A stretch of 52,251 nucleotides of DNA from Actinomycetes bacterium (lineage in GTDB: Bacteria; Actinomycetota; Acidimicrobiia; Acidimicrobiales; Bog-793). This document shows, piece after piece, positions 37,071 to 48,316 of the stretch (position 1 is its first letter; the number at the start of each line of letters is the position of its first letter). The notes under the pieces are model-generated. The model ran no database searches and was not told where the DNA came from. It was given only the letters and a program-made list of their open reading frames with translations. The stretch lies in the NCBI GenBank assembly GCA_021846125.1, contig JAJZCK010000001.1, positions 1 to 52,251 of the forward strand, written 5' to 3'. The position numbers were made by a program, and so were the translations under genes.

Positions 37071-39576
37071 CGGCCGAGGGTACCAGCGGGGACCCTCGGC
37101 GGCGGCGAGCCCGGCGGCCCGAGCGGCGGGGTGCGAGCCCGCCGAGCACCGCCCAGGCCAGGAGAGCGACGATCGCCGCGACGGCTAGCGCGATCCCGTC
37201 GGTCAGGCGGGCTGGCCAGTAGCGGAGCACGAGCGTCGTCGTCCCCGCGGGCACGACGACGCTCACGAGGTCGCCGGCCGCCCGATGGACGGCGAGCGTC
37301 GCTCCGTCCGCCGTCACATGCCAACCCGGAACGTCGGTGATGCGAGCGACGAGTGTGGAAGCGCGTGGCACCCGCACTCCTAGGACGTAGCGAGCGTCGC
37401 CGGGGTGCCGGACCGCCGTCACCGCCGCATCCGTGCTCGACCCTGGGGCGGCCGGGCCTCCCGGCGCGAAGGAGAAGCGGTGCGCCCCGGGCACCGCGTA
37501 GAGTGCCTCCCCCGCGATCGTGGCGACGAGTCGCATCCCGGTCGGTGCCGGACGCCCGGGGCCGGCGAGCACGTACCGGACCCCGTACAGCCGGGCAAGC
37601 GCGACGCTGTCGACCGAGGGTGCGAACAAGTTGAGCCCGACCGGCGAGACCTGGGCGGCGTCGGCCACGGGCCAGGCGTCGAAGTAGGCCTGCGGGATGG
37701 TGGGATCGTGGATCGCGAGCTCGTCGATCCCGTAGGGGAGGTTCATCTCGGGGTAGAGGCCGACTCCGGTCCAGTAGCGGACCCCGCAATAGGCACCGCT
37801 CGACGCTCCGCCGTCACAGGTGGTGTTCGCCCCGTCGAGGCCGACGAGGCTCCCCCCGACCACCGACCGGAGCGTCGCCACAGCAGGGGTGACGGGGTAA
37901 GCGTCGTGGGCGTAGCTGTTGATCCCGACGCCCGCGAAGACGAGGAACGCACTCTGGGCCGCGAGCATCGCAAAGCCAGCGGCCCTGCACCCTGCCTGCG
38001 CCCGCTCGGGCCGCGAGCGTCGAGCGGCTACGGCCAGCCCGAGCAGGCCGAGCACGAGGGCGAGCGACGCCGTCGGCCAGGCGAGGCTCGATCGCCGGAG
38101 CGACTCGAGGGTGGCGATGCTCGGCGTCGCCTTGGTCACGACCGGGGCGCGCGCCGTGCCGACCCTGGCCCAGAGCGCAGCAAGCACCGCGAGGACAGCG
38201 AGGACGGACACGGTGTAGCCACGGCGCACGAGCGGCTCCCGCCACCTCGACATCGCGATCTCGAGCCCGAGACCCGCGAGCACTGCGACGACGAGCTCGA
38301 GCACCGACTGCATCCGCTGCACCGCGACCGCGCTCAGCCCGAGATCGGCGAGGAAGTGCTGGATCGGGGCAGCGCTTCCGAGGTCATAGACCACGAGGAG
38401 CCCCACGACCGCGGAGCCGGCGAGCCCGAGGACGGCGGGGCGGCGCCACGATGCGAGCACCGCGCCCCCCGCGCAGACAAGTGCGACGACCCCGACGTAT
38501 GCCGCGGTCTCGTAGTAGTTCACGGGCCCGAACCAGTAGCTGCCCGCGATCGGCAGGCCGTCGTAGCCCTGCGCGAACAGCAGCGCCGCCGCGTGCAACG
38601 GCAGCCCGGTTGCGGCGTACTTGCCGTTGCGCGCGGACCCCGTGAGCAACGACACCCCGGGCAGCAGCAGCGGCGCCGCCATCGCCGCCCCGGCGGCGGC
38701 GCCGGCCGCGACGCGCGCGAGACCCGTGGCACTCAGAGCTCCCACCCGGCGCTCAGCGACGACACGGGCAACGCCGGCAACGACGAGGACGGTCCCGAGC
38801 CCGAGCGCGATGAGGACGTAGGACTCGGGAAAGCCGGCATACACGGCGAACGCGACCGAGACGGCGAGCAGGGCCACCTCGCGCACGCGCCCCCGGGACC
38901 GGTAGGACAGCACGATGCCGACGAGGATCCATCCTGCGAGCGCGACGGGACCCGACACCGCCCACCCCAACCAGCCGCTGAAGGCGCCCGAGAGCATGGC
39001 CGTCGTGCCTGCGAAAGCCGCCGCGACAGGGCGCGCGCCGAACAGCCGGCAGCACACGTAGGCACCGGTCCCGGCCAGGAGCAGCTTCACCGCCACCGTG
39101 ACGAGGAAGCTCGCGGCGAGTGGCGCGAGGTAGCCGACGAGGGTCGGCAAGGCGAGCGGCGCGGACTCGAAGTTGAGAAGCTGGGGGAGGCCGGTGCCCG
39201 AAAGCGAGTTCCAAAGTGGCAGCTCGCGGTGGTGCACGAGCTGCCAGTCGAGCGTGTTCCACGGGACGCCCTGGGTGATGGTGTCGCCGTTGATGCCGTT
39301 GTGCAGAGGTAGGGGCGGCACGAGATGCGTGAGGAGTGAGAGCCCGCGCCCCAGGTCGGCCGGCCCGAACCCGGCGCCGTCCTTCAGTGCCGGAGCGAGG
39401 TAGGCGACGACGAGCAGTGCGATCCAGGCGAGCCCGAGCGCGTCGTCACGCCACTTCCACGCCCATAGGTCGCTACCGAGGCGACGCCGTCCCCACGCGA
39501 CCTCGCGGCCCACTGGTCTCTCGTCCGGAGCTCCTGGCCGATCCGGCGCACTGGTCGGTCCTGTCACCTGTGCCAC
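37024..39576 (-). CDS. Large polytopic membrane protein, YfhO-like (putative glycan/lipid-linked sugar transferase family)
   Basis: 850 aa with more than 10 hydrophobic helices followed by a soluble C-terminal domain. The N-terminal pattern GPADLGRG...[27 protein letters not shown] resembles the YfhO family as I recall it. GTG start. Its 3' end overlaps the guaA start by 47 nt. Confidence 0.5.
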   Translation of the reverse strand: MAQVTGPTSAPDRPGAPDERPVGREVAWGRRRLGSDLWAWKWRDDALGLAWIALLVVAYLAPALKDGAGFGPADLGRGLSLLTHLVPPLPLHNGINGDTITQGVPWNTLDWQLVHHRELPLWNSLSGTGLPQLLNFESAPLALPTLVGYLAPLAASFLVTVAVKLLLAGTGAYVCCRLFGARPVAAAFAGTTAMLSGAFSGWLGWAVSGPVALAGWILVGIVLSYRSRGRVREVALLAVSVAFAVYAGFPESYVLIALGLGTVLVVAGVARVVAERRVGALSATGLARVAAGAAAGAAMAAPLLLPGVSLLTGSARNGKYAATGLPLHAAALLFAQGYDGLPIAGSYWFGPVNYYETAAYVGVVALVCAGGAVLASWRRPAVLGLAGSAVVGLLVVYDLGSAAPIQHFLADLGLSAVAVQRMQSVLELVVAVLAGLGLEIAMSRWREPLVRRGYTVSVLAVLAVLAALWARVGTARAPVVTKATPSIATLESLRRSSLAWPTASLALVLGLLGLAVAARRSRPERAQAGCRAAGFAMLAAQSAFLVFAGVGINSYAHDAYPVTPAVATLRSVVGGSLVGLDGANTTCDGGASSGAYCGVRYWTGVGLYPEMNLPYGIDELAIHDPTIPQAYFDAWPVADAAQVSPVGLNLFAPSVDSVALARLYGVRYVLAGPGRPAPTGMRLVATIAGEALYAVPGAHRFSFAPGGPAAPGSSTDAAVTAVRHPGDARYVLGVRVPRASTLVARITDVPGWHVTADGATLAVHRAAGDLVSVVVPAGTTTLVLRYWPARLTDGIALAVAAIVALLAWAVLGGLAPRRSGRRARRRRGSPLVPSAGGHTPPPRRDRHPAP

Positions 39577-39584
39577 GTAACCGG

Positions 39585-40742
39585 TCAGCGCGCCCGGTCC
39601 GCCAGGCTTGCCTGATAGGTCGCATCCTCGAGCGGCAGAGGCGCCACCATCACCTCGGCCTTGTGCAGCTCGCGCACTGTGGCGTGGCCGCAGCTCGCCA
39701 TCGCGCTACGAAGCGCGCCGAACAGGTTCGTGCGACCGTGCTCGTCTCGTCCGGGTCCCACGAGGATCTCCTCGAGCGAGCCGAGGCGCGGTACCTCGAC
39801 ACGGCGCCCGCGGGGCAGGGAAGGGTGCGGCGCAGCTGCGCCCCAGTGGTGGCCGAGGCCGGGCGCCTCGTCTGCAGCAGCGAGCGGCTCGCCGATCATC
39901 ACCGCGTCGGCACCGCACGCCAGCGCCTTCGCGATGTCGCCGCCCGTCGAGACGCCACCGTCGGCGATCACCTGGACGTAGACCCCCGTGTCCTCGAGGT
40001 GCCGCGTACGCGCGCCCGCAGCGTCCGCGATCGCCGTGGCCTGCGGAGCACCGATGCCGAGCACCTCGCGGGTCGCCCGGGCGTCGGTCGAACCGACACC
40101 GACGAGGACAGCGACGGCCCCTGTGCGCATGAGGTGGAGCGCCGCCTGGTAGGAAGCACATCCGCCGACGACGACCGGGATGTCGAGACGCCGGACGAAC
40201 TGCGCGAGGTCGAGGGTCTCGCCACCTTTCGAGACGTGCTCCGCCGACACTGCGGTTCCCTGCACGACGAGGACCTCGAGCTCAGCCTCGAGGAGCGTGT
40301 CGGCGAGGCCCGCCGCAGCCTGGGGGCGGACCGCCCCGCACGTGACGACACCTGCCGCCGCCACCTCGCGGATCCTCTCGACGACGAGCCCGGGCTCGAC
40401 CGGCCGGGCGTACAGCTCCTGGAGCCGCTCGGTGACACGGCCGTCCTCGAGTGAGGCGATCTCCTCGAGGAGCGGCCCCGGGTCCTCGTAGCGCGTCCAC
40501 AGACCCTCGAGGTTGAGCACGGCGAGGCCTCCGAGCCGACCCACCTCGATCGCGGTCTGCGGGCTCACGACGCCGTCGGTCGCTGCCGTCATGAACGGCA
40601 GAGCGAAGTCGAACGCGTCGAGCCGCCACGAAAGGTCGACGTCCTCGGGGTCGCGCGTCCGGCGCGACGGGACTACGACGACCTCGTCGAGGGAGTACCC
40701 CCGGCGACCCGTCTTGCCGATGCCGATCTCGACCTCTGCCAC
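39585..40742 (-). CDS. guaB3: IMP dehydrogenase-related protein GuaB3 (no CBS insert)
   Basis: M-AEVEIGIGKTGRRGYSLDEVVVVPSRRTRDPEDVDLSWRLDAF matches the GuaB3 (Rv3410c-like) N-terminus. The TIM-barrel motif is VLVGVGS...GIGAPQATAI. The start is trimmed to the GTG at 40742, preceded by GAGGGAG. The track ORF runs to 40862. Confidence 0.8.
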   Translation of the reverse strand: MAEVEIGIGKTGRRGYSLDEVVVVPSRRTRDPEDVDLSWRLDAFDFALPFMTAATDGVVSPQTAIEVGRLGGLAVLNLEGLWTRYEDPGPLLEEIASLEDGRVTERLQELYARPVEPGLVVERIREVAAAGVVTCGAVRPQAAAGLADTLLEAELEVLVVQGTAVSAEHVSKGGETLDLAQFVRRLDIPVVVGGCASYQAALHLMRTGAVAVLVGVGSTDARATREVLGIGAPQATAIADAAGARTRHLEDTGVYVQVIADGGVSTGGDIAKALACGADAVMIGEPLAAADEAPGLGHHWGAAAPHPSLPRGRRVEVPRLGSLEEILVGPGRDEHGRTNLFGALRSAMASCGHATVRELHKAEVMVAPLPLEDATYQASLADRAR

Positions 40743-40776
40743 GTGCTCTCCCTCAGGCCCGTCGTGCCGGCTCAGG

Positions 40777-42381
40777 CTAGCTCGCGCCTCTCGACCGGCC
40801 CGGAGCCTCCGGCTCCGCAGTCGGACCCACGGCACCCACGGCACCCACGGCACCCACGGCACGGTACGCGAGCAGGGAAAGAGCGCCGAGGGCGAGCACC
40901 TCGACCGCGAGCACGCTCACGAGCCCGGTAGGCGGCTGCCACGACGGATGGACGAGAAAGCCGAAGTCCGGCCCGGAGGTGCCGACCGCGTAACGACGCA
41001 GCATCTCGAAGAACGCCGCCACCTGGGCCAGAAAGGCGGCGAGGCAGACCACACCCGCAATCCTCCTGCCGTGGTCACCGAGCGAGCTCCGGCCGACGAG
41101 CGCTGCCGCGAGGATGGGAAGGCCGACCGCGAACGGCAGCGTGTCCTTTCCCGCCCAGGTGTAGCCATACCGGTGGACCTGGGACGTGGAGATGGCGACC
41201 GGCACGACGGCGACCGCGACCACGAAGGTGAGCAGGGTGAGCGCGTCCCGCAGCCTGCAGACGGCCGAGGCGGCGACGACGACGAAACCGACGAGTCCGT
41301 ACCACACGACGTAGGTGAACGTCGGGGCGAAGGTGTCGAACCAACCGAAGACGCCGATCATGCCCGGCAGGTAGTAGTCGTTGTGCAGGAACGAGAACTC
41401 GAGGATCGTGCTCTCCGGCACGCCGTTCGGCACGACGGTCGTCGAGTAGACGTCGTAGGAGCGCTCGACGACGATCCATGCGGACGCGAGCGCGCCGACG
41501 ACGACCACCGCGGCGAGGCCGATCCGCACGTGCCGGTGGCTCACGAAGCGTCGTAGAGCTGCCCTCTCGGCGACGACGAGAAGGACGACGGCTGTGAGGC
41601 CCACCCAGAACGGCGAGAGCGCACGGACGAGCTCGAGGACGCATGTCGATGCGCCGAGGACCGCGACGAGTCCGCGCGGCGGATCGTCCAGGTGTTCCGC
41701 GACGAGGACCACCCCCGCGGTCCACACGGCGATCGCGGCGCTCACCTCGAGCCCTGCCGGGTTGACGACGCTGCCGAGGAACAGGACCATGGGCGTGGTC
41801 GCCACGACGACGCCGACAAGGACGATCCGGGACCGAGACCAGGTCACTGCCGTGGTGACAGCGAGCGCGACGAAGAACGCAGACAGCGCGGCGCTCACGA
41901 GCCGCATCAGGTAGATCTCGGCATCACCCGCGCCGAGGAGGCTCGGAAGACCGACGATCGCGTAGTACAGCGGCGGGTAGCGGGCGTTGTAGATCAACAC
42001 CTGCTTCGGTGCCGACGTGCCGACGACCGCTGGCGCGCAGCTCGCCGCGACGGCCGGCCGTCGGTGGTAGCAGGACGGGACGTTGCGGGTGTTCGCGTAG
42101 AAGGCCGGCACGTCGACGGAACCGAGCGGGCTCGTGGAGCCGCCGACGAGGTGCCCGACGAGCTCGCCCCGCACGACCGCCGCCGCCTTGATCACGCCCA
42201 CCGGCTCGTCCGGAGCGCCGAACAACGGCGTCGCGAGGCTCCACGTGCCCATCGCGAGCAGGACGAAGGCGAACGCCACCACGAAGACCGTGCGAGCGCG
42301 ACTCGCTTCTCGAGTCGACGCTCTCCTGTGCGATCCTGCCGGCGATCGGCGATCCTGTCCGCTCGCCGGCGGGATCGTCAC
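40777..42381 (-). CDS. DUF2142-like polytopic membrane protein
   Basis: SLATPLFGAPDEPVGVIKAAAV near the N-terminus resembles the DUF2142 APDE motif, and there are about 10 or more TM helices. The start is set at the GTG at 42381, in a GTGA overlap with the NUDIX stop. The track ORF (to 43152) fuses it with the NUDIX region in another frame. Confidence 0.5.
   Translation of the reverse strand: MTIPPASGQDRRSPAGSHRRASTREASRARTVFVVAFAFVLLAMGTWSLATPLFGAPDEPVGVIKAAAVVRGELVGHLVGGSTSPLGSVDVPAFYANTRNVPSCYHRRPAVAASCAPAVVGTSAPKQVLIYNARYPPLYYAIVGLPSLLGAGDAEIYLMRLVSAALSAFFVALAVTTAVTWSRSRIVLVGVVVATTPMVLFLGSVVNPAGLEVSAAIAVWTAGVVLVAEHLDDPPRGLVAVLGASTCVLELVRALSPFWVGLTAVVLLVVAERAALRRFVSHRHVRIGLAAVVVVGALASAWIVVERSYDVYSTTVVPNGVPESTILEFSFLHNDYYLPGMIGVFGWFDTFAPTFTYVVWYGLVGFVVVAASAVCRLRDALTLLTFVVAVAVVPVAISTSQVHRYGYTWAGKDTLPFAVGLPILAAALVGRSSLGDHGRRIAGVVCLAAFLAQVAAFFEMLRRYAVGTSGPDFGFLVHPSWQPPTGLVSVLAVEVLALGALSLLAYRAVGAVGAVGAVGPTAEPEAPGRSRGAS
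40823..40864. repeat. 9-bp tandem repeat (GGCACCCAC x3 perfect with degenerate flanks) encoding (AVG)n in the C-terminal tail of the DUF2142-like protein
   Basis: ggacccacggcacccacggcacccacggcacccacggcacgg. The minus-strand translation is RAVGAVGAVGAVGP. Confidence 0.9.
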
Positions 42382-43079
42382 GGACGCGAGCCTCCCGCGT
42401 TCCACACGTCGCCCGAGACGACCTCGAGAAGGCGCCAGAGGATGCGGGCACTGACGCCCCAGACGAGGTCGTCGCCGAGGGCCGATGGATCCGCGAAGAA
42501 GTGGACCGAGCGTTCCGCCTTCCCAGCCGACCAGCGCTCCTGCCAGGCGACGCCGTCGGCCAGGAGCGAAGCGACTGGCACCTCGAGCACCGACTCCACC
42601 TCCGATGCATTCGCGACGAGCGTCGGCGCGTGGGCCAGGATACCGAGATAGGCGGCGATCTGCTCGCCGGACCGGCGACCGACTACGTCGACGAGACCAC
42701 GTACGTGGACCTCCCGCGGGTCGATGCCTACCTCCTCGTGCGCCTCTCGCACTGCTGCCTCCGCAGGCTCCTCCCCGGGCTCGACACGGCCACCGGGGAA
42801 CGCGACGTGGCCAGGGTCGCGCTGGAGCAGCGGCGAGCGTCGGGTGAGGACGAGCGTCGCCTCGTCGTGAGACGTCGAGGCGAACACGGGTACGAGCACG
42901 GCTGCGGCTACGGCTCCGGGGCGCACGGGCGAGAGGCCGGCCGCCACGACGGCCTCGGCCAGCTGGGCGACGGTCACGCTCCGGCGCTGCGGCAACGGGA
43001 GTGCCGCCCACGGGGGCGGAGGGCCGGGCCGTGCCGATGCAGGTCGAGGAACCCGCTGGCGGTACGACGCGGGTGGCAT
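42378..43079 (-). CDS. NUDIX hydrolase, CoA pyrophosphatase type
   Basis: Nudix box GGRVEPGEEPAEAAVREAHEEVGI, preceded by the CoA-type motif LVLTRRSPLLQRDPGHVAFPGG. Confidence 0.8.
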   Translation of the reverse strand: MPPASYRQRVPRPASARPGPPPPWAALPLPQRRSVTVAQLAEAVVAAGLSPVRPGAVAAAVLVPVFASTSHDEATLVLTRRSPLLQRDPGHVAFPGGRVEPGEEPAEAAVREAHEEVGIDPREVHVRGLVDVVGRRSGEQIAAYLGILAHAPTLVANASEVESVLEVPVASLLADGVAWQERWSAGKAERSVHFFADPSALGDDLVWGVSARILWRLLEVVSGDVWNAGGSRP

Positions 43080-43214
43080 TTGCCGAGCGTACCGCCAGTC
43101 GGCGCACTCGCCCGGCCCGCGCGCCGATGGCCGGGCCTTGCGGCCCGGCCATCTAACGTCCCGGCGCGAAGCCGGCGTGTCTGTCGACGTGCAACGCGTC
43201 CCACCCGGGGCACG

Positions 43215-45139
<1,925 letters not shown>

Positions 45140-45164
45140 CTCCGAGGCCTCCCTTGTGGCTTCG

Positions 45165-45191
45165 TTGGCACTCTGACCTAACGAGTGCCAA
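45165..45191 (-). promoter_or_regulatory. CIRCE operator (HrcA binding site) upstream of groES
   Basis: TTGGCACTC-N9-GAGTGCCAA is a perfect 9-bp inverted repeat with a 9-nt spacer, 26 nt upstream of the groES ATG. The canonical CIRCE is TTAGCACTC-N9-GAGTGCTAA. Confidence 0.9.
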
Positions 45192-45255
45192 CGATACCGA
45201 CTGCGGAGCCTGCTGGCAAACGCAGGCTTCGAGTGCTGGCCGGCGCGTGGCCCGG

Positions 45256-46654
45256 CTAGGCCGAGGCGCGTGCCTGACCCGGTCCGGAGGCCTTGGCCGC
45301 CAGCAGAGCTGCGTCCGCGCGCCGGACCACGGACTCGCAGTCGTCGCCCGGCATAAAGACGGCCACCCCTGCGCACGCCGTGACCTCGACCGTCACGCCG
45401 CGCAGACCGACAGCGTGGTCGTCGACGGGGACCGGGACGACGAGCGCCGCCGCGACGACCTGCGCTGCTCGCAGGTCGGCTTCAGGGAGCAGCACGACGA
45501 ACTCGTCGCCGCCGAAGCGTCCGAGCACGTCGTCCTGGCGAAGCCGGTCCCGCCAGCGCCGCGCGACCGCCTGGAGAGCCGCGTCCCCCGCCCCGTGGCC
45601 GTAGGTGTCGTTGAGCAACTTGAAGCGATCGAGGTCCAGGAGGAAAACGGCTCCTCGCGGTCGGCAGTCGCTCGCCGGGCCGGCCGGCTGGCGGCAGCCC
45701 ACGAGCGCACTGCAATGAGCCCGGAGCACCTCGTCGATGCCGCGACGGTTCAGCAGGCCGGTGAGCGGGTCGGTCGCGGCCTGCCTCTTCAAGTCCGCCT
45801 GCGTGGACCGCAAAGCCGATACGTCGACGATCTGGCAATGGAAGTGCAGGGGCTCGCCTGCCTCGTCTCGTACGAGCGTGATGCCCACGAGGACGTCCAC
45901 CTCGTGGCCGTCCTCGTGGAGGAAGCGCTTGTCGAGGATCAGCGACGCCTTCCGGCCGGAGAGCAGGTCCGCGGCCGCTGCCTCGCCTAACGCGAGGTCG
46001 TCGGCATGGGTCGACGCCTGCCAACGCGTACCCACGAGGTGTGCCCTGTTGCGACCAAGCATCGCGCAGAACGCGTCGTTGGCCCTCGTGATCACCCCGG
46101 ATCGGTCCGCGAGCGCGTTCGCGACGAGGGAGTGGTCGAACGCAGCTGCGTAGGCATGCTCGCTACGTGCCAGGCCGAGCTGGGCAGCGTCGCGCTCGGT
46201 CACGTCCAGCGTGACGACCAGGACATAGCGCCAACCCGTGCTCTCGTCGGCGAGCGGCAGGTAGCGCACCCAGTACGACTGCCCGTCCCGCTCGACCCGC
46301 TGCTCGATCGACGTCTCGACGTCTCGACGTCTCGCCGGCGAAACCGGCGCGGTAGTGGTCCCGTGTCGACTCCGCTCGACTCGCGCCGATCACGTCCGCT
46401 ACGGGTCGGCCCTCGAGATCTGCCGAGACCAAGCCGTACTCGCGTAGGCCGCCACCGGCCGCGAGCACCACCTCCATCGCCTCGTCGACGAGGAGCATGG
46501 TGAGGCCCGGGATCGCGTCGGCCACCTGACGGTAGAGGCGGCCCGTCGCCGCGGCGGGGACGTCACGGCGGTCCGGGAGCACCGAGCGCGCGCCCTCGAG
46601 CAACGCCGCGTCCGCGGCGGCCTGGGGCTCGGTCTGCCTCGCCCGCGACTCCAT
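45256..46654 (-). pseudogene. PAS-PAS-GGDEF diguanylate cyclase, frameshifted as sequenced
   Basis: The upstream ORF (46163-46654) encodes a PAS N-terminal half ending ...DHYRAGFAGETS. The downstream ORF (45256-46269) continues the same PAS domain in another frame (IEQRVERDGQSYWVRYLPLADESTGW...DVTERD). It is followed by a second PAS and a GGDEF domain with an I-site (RQDD-x5-GGDEF). The frames switch inside the 8-bp repeat at 46309-46334. Confidence 0.75.
46309..46334. repeat. 8-bp tandem repeat (CGACGTCT x3 plus CG) at the frameshift point of the GGDEF gene
   Basis: Units at 46309-46316, 46317-46324 and 46325-46332. The unit length is not a multiple of three. Confidence 0.95.
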
Positions 46655-46727
46655 CCCCTCAGTATCGCTCCACCGTCACGTCCGGGTCGATCGCAGTGGT
46701 CGGCCGCCTGGCTCGCGGAGCGCGAGC

Positions 46728-46763
46728 GGCTCCCCGGCCCGCCGGGAGGCGGGCCGGGGAGCC
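46728..46763 (-). terminator. Strong GC hairpin downstream of the ABC substrate-binding protein gene
   Basis: Perfect 16-bp stem GGCTCCCCGGCCCGCC / GGCGGGCCGGGGAGCC with loop GGGA, 38 nt past the stop at 46801. A second 7-bp hairpin GCTCGCG-GAG-CGCGAGC is adjacent at 46711-46727. There is no U-tract. Confidence 0.55.
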
Positions 46764-46800
46764 GTCGGCTGGGGGGCCGATCGCGCGGAGAACGGCTAGG

Positions 46801-48132
46801 CTACGAGCCGCTCTTCGACTGGGCGAGCGCCGCCTTGACCGCCGTCTCTGCCGTCGTCAGCGCGGCCGACGGAGTCACCTTGCCGAGCACTGCTTCCTGG
46901 ATGGCCGTCGTGAGCGCCGAGGAGATGGCAGGGTACGCCGACCCGACGACCCCGACACGCGACTCCGCGTGCTGGATCTCGTCTGCGAAGACACGGTCGA
47001 GCGGGACTGCCGCGATGAGTTGGTTCGCGACCGAGCGCTGGCTCGCGACCTCGCCGTTGTTCTTCGCCCACAGCAGGGTGTTCTGGGGCGAGATCAGGTA
47101 GCGGAGGACCTTCGCGGCGAGCGCCTCGTTCGCAGGTGTCGTCTTCGGGATCGTGAAGACCTCTCCTCCGAGGGGGACGTTCGCGTGGCCGCTCGCGCTC
47201 GGTGTCGGGATCGGGACGATCCCGTAGCTGAGGCCCTTCACCGCGCTGAAATCCGGGAACTCCCAGGGTCCCATCACGATCATCGCGAGCTTGCCGTCCA
47301 TGAACTCCTGCGCGACGTTGTTCTGGCCCCAGTTCACCACGGCCGAGGGCGCGCTACCGTCCTTCACGAGGCTCGCGACGAAGCTGAGCGCCTTCACACC
47401 ACCGGCGTCGTTGACCTGGGTGAGGTTGCCGCCCGCAGTCCAGAAGTAGGGCTCGAACTGCCATGCCGCGTTGTTGTTGGTCCCCGCGGCAAAACCGTAA
47501 CCGTAGACTCCGTTCTTCGTCAGCTTCTTCGCGTCGACTGCGAGCTGTGCCCAGGTACGCGGAGGCGTCACGTGTGCGGCGGACAGGAGCTTCTTGTTGT
47601 AGAACAGGCCGATCGTGTTGTTTCCGAAACCGATCCCGTAGAGCTTCCCGCGATAGGTCCCCGCTGCCACCGCGCCTTCGGTGAGACCATTCGACGTGAA
47701 GCCGAACTTCGACAGCGGCATGAGCTCGCCTGCGCTCGCGAGTGACGGCACCCACGGGTTGTCCATCATCATGAGGTCGGGCATCTGACCCGCGGAGGCC
47801 TCGGTCAGCTCCTTCGACAGCAGCGAGCCGTTGGGCACGACGTCGCGTGAGACCGTGTAGCCGGGGTTCGCCTTGTGGAAACCGCTGAGGAACTGCGTCA
47901 TGTACGTGCTGTCCGCAGCCGTGTAGTAGTCCTGCTCGGTGATCGTGACGCTCGACGCGTGACCTGTCGAGCGGTGCGGAGTCACCGACGCGGCCGATGC
48001 AGCCACGCCGCCGGTCGCCATCAGCAGCGCTGCACCTGCGCCGACGACGGCACCGGCCCCCGAGCGGCGCTTCGTCCACCGCGTCCGGCTCCGCGCTTCT
48101 CCCGTCGACATCGTCCTTCTCGTTGCCTTCAT
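46801..48132 (-). CDS. Sugar ABC transporter substrate-binding protein (family 1 solute-binding)
   Basis: ATG at 48132 is preceded by GGAGGGG. An Arg-rich signal peptide with an Ala-rich h-region is followed by a ~400-aa mature domain typical of carbohydrate SBPs (WVPSLA, GKLYGIGFGNNTIGLFYNKKLL, FEPYFWTAGG). Confidence 0.8.
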   Translation of the reverse strand: MKATRRTMSTGEARSRTRWTKRRSGAGAVVGAGAALLMATGGVAASAASVTPHRSTGHASSVTITEQDYYTAADSTYMTQFLSGFHKANPGYTVSRDVVPNGSLLSKELTEASAGQMPDLMMMDNPWVPSLASAGELMPLSKFGFTSNGLTEGAVAAGTYRGKLYGIGFGNNTIGLFYNKKLLSAAHVTPPRTWAQLAVDAKKLTKNGVYGYGFAAGTNNNAAWQFEPYFWTAGGNLTQVNDAGGVKALSFVASLVKDGSAPSAVVNWGQNNVAQEFMDGKLAMIVMGPWEFPDFSAVKGLSYGIVPIPTPSASGHANVPLGGEVFTIPKTTPANEALAAKVLRYLISPQNTLLWAKNNGEVASQRSVANQLIAAVPLDRVFADEIQHAESRVGVVGSAYPAISSALTTAIQEAVLGKVTPSAALTTAETAVKAALAQSKSGS

Positions 48133-48316
48133 GATCTTCCCCTCCGTGATCGTGGTTGTCTGCAATGCACTCTCGCCATACCGGGTCACTTCCCCGGACT
48201 TGCTCCGGTCGGTCAGCCTCCCCCCGTCGCGTCACCTCCTTCCCGGACTTTCGCCGGCATACCTGCCGGCGCCGAAACCGGCGACGCGCAACCCCGCCCG
48301 GACTGCCCGGTAGGCG

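Noticed and set aside
40777-43152. Over-extended 5' ends of track ORFs: 40777-43152, 31857-34040, 28715-30823, 50213-51967, 44846-45376, 11645-12808, 39585-40862.
   Set aside because: In each case the conserved protein begins far downstream, at an ATG or GTG that forms a 4-nt overlap with the preceding stop or follows a GGAGG-like site. The upstream part overlaps another real gene in a different frame. All were trimmed rather than reported as novel fusions.
48133-48316. A 6C-type small RNA on the plus strand, suggested by C-rich runs such as CCTCCCCCC and TTCCCCGG.
   Set aside because: I could not fold two convincing stem-loops with C-rich loops from this sequence, and the location inside an ABC operon does not match what I recall for 6C RNA. 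It is kept only as an unexplained motif-rich gap.
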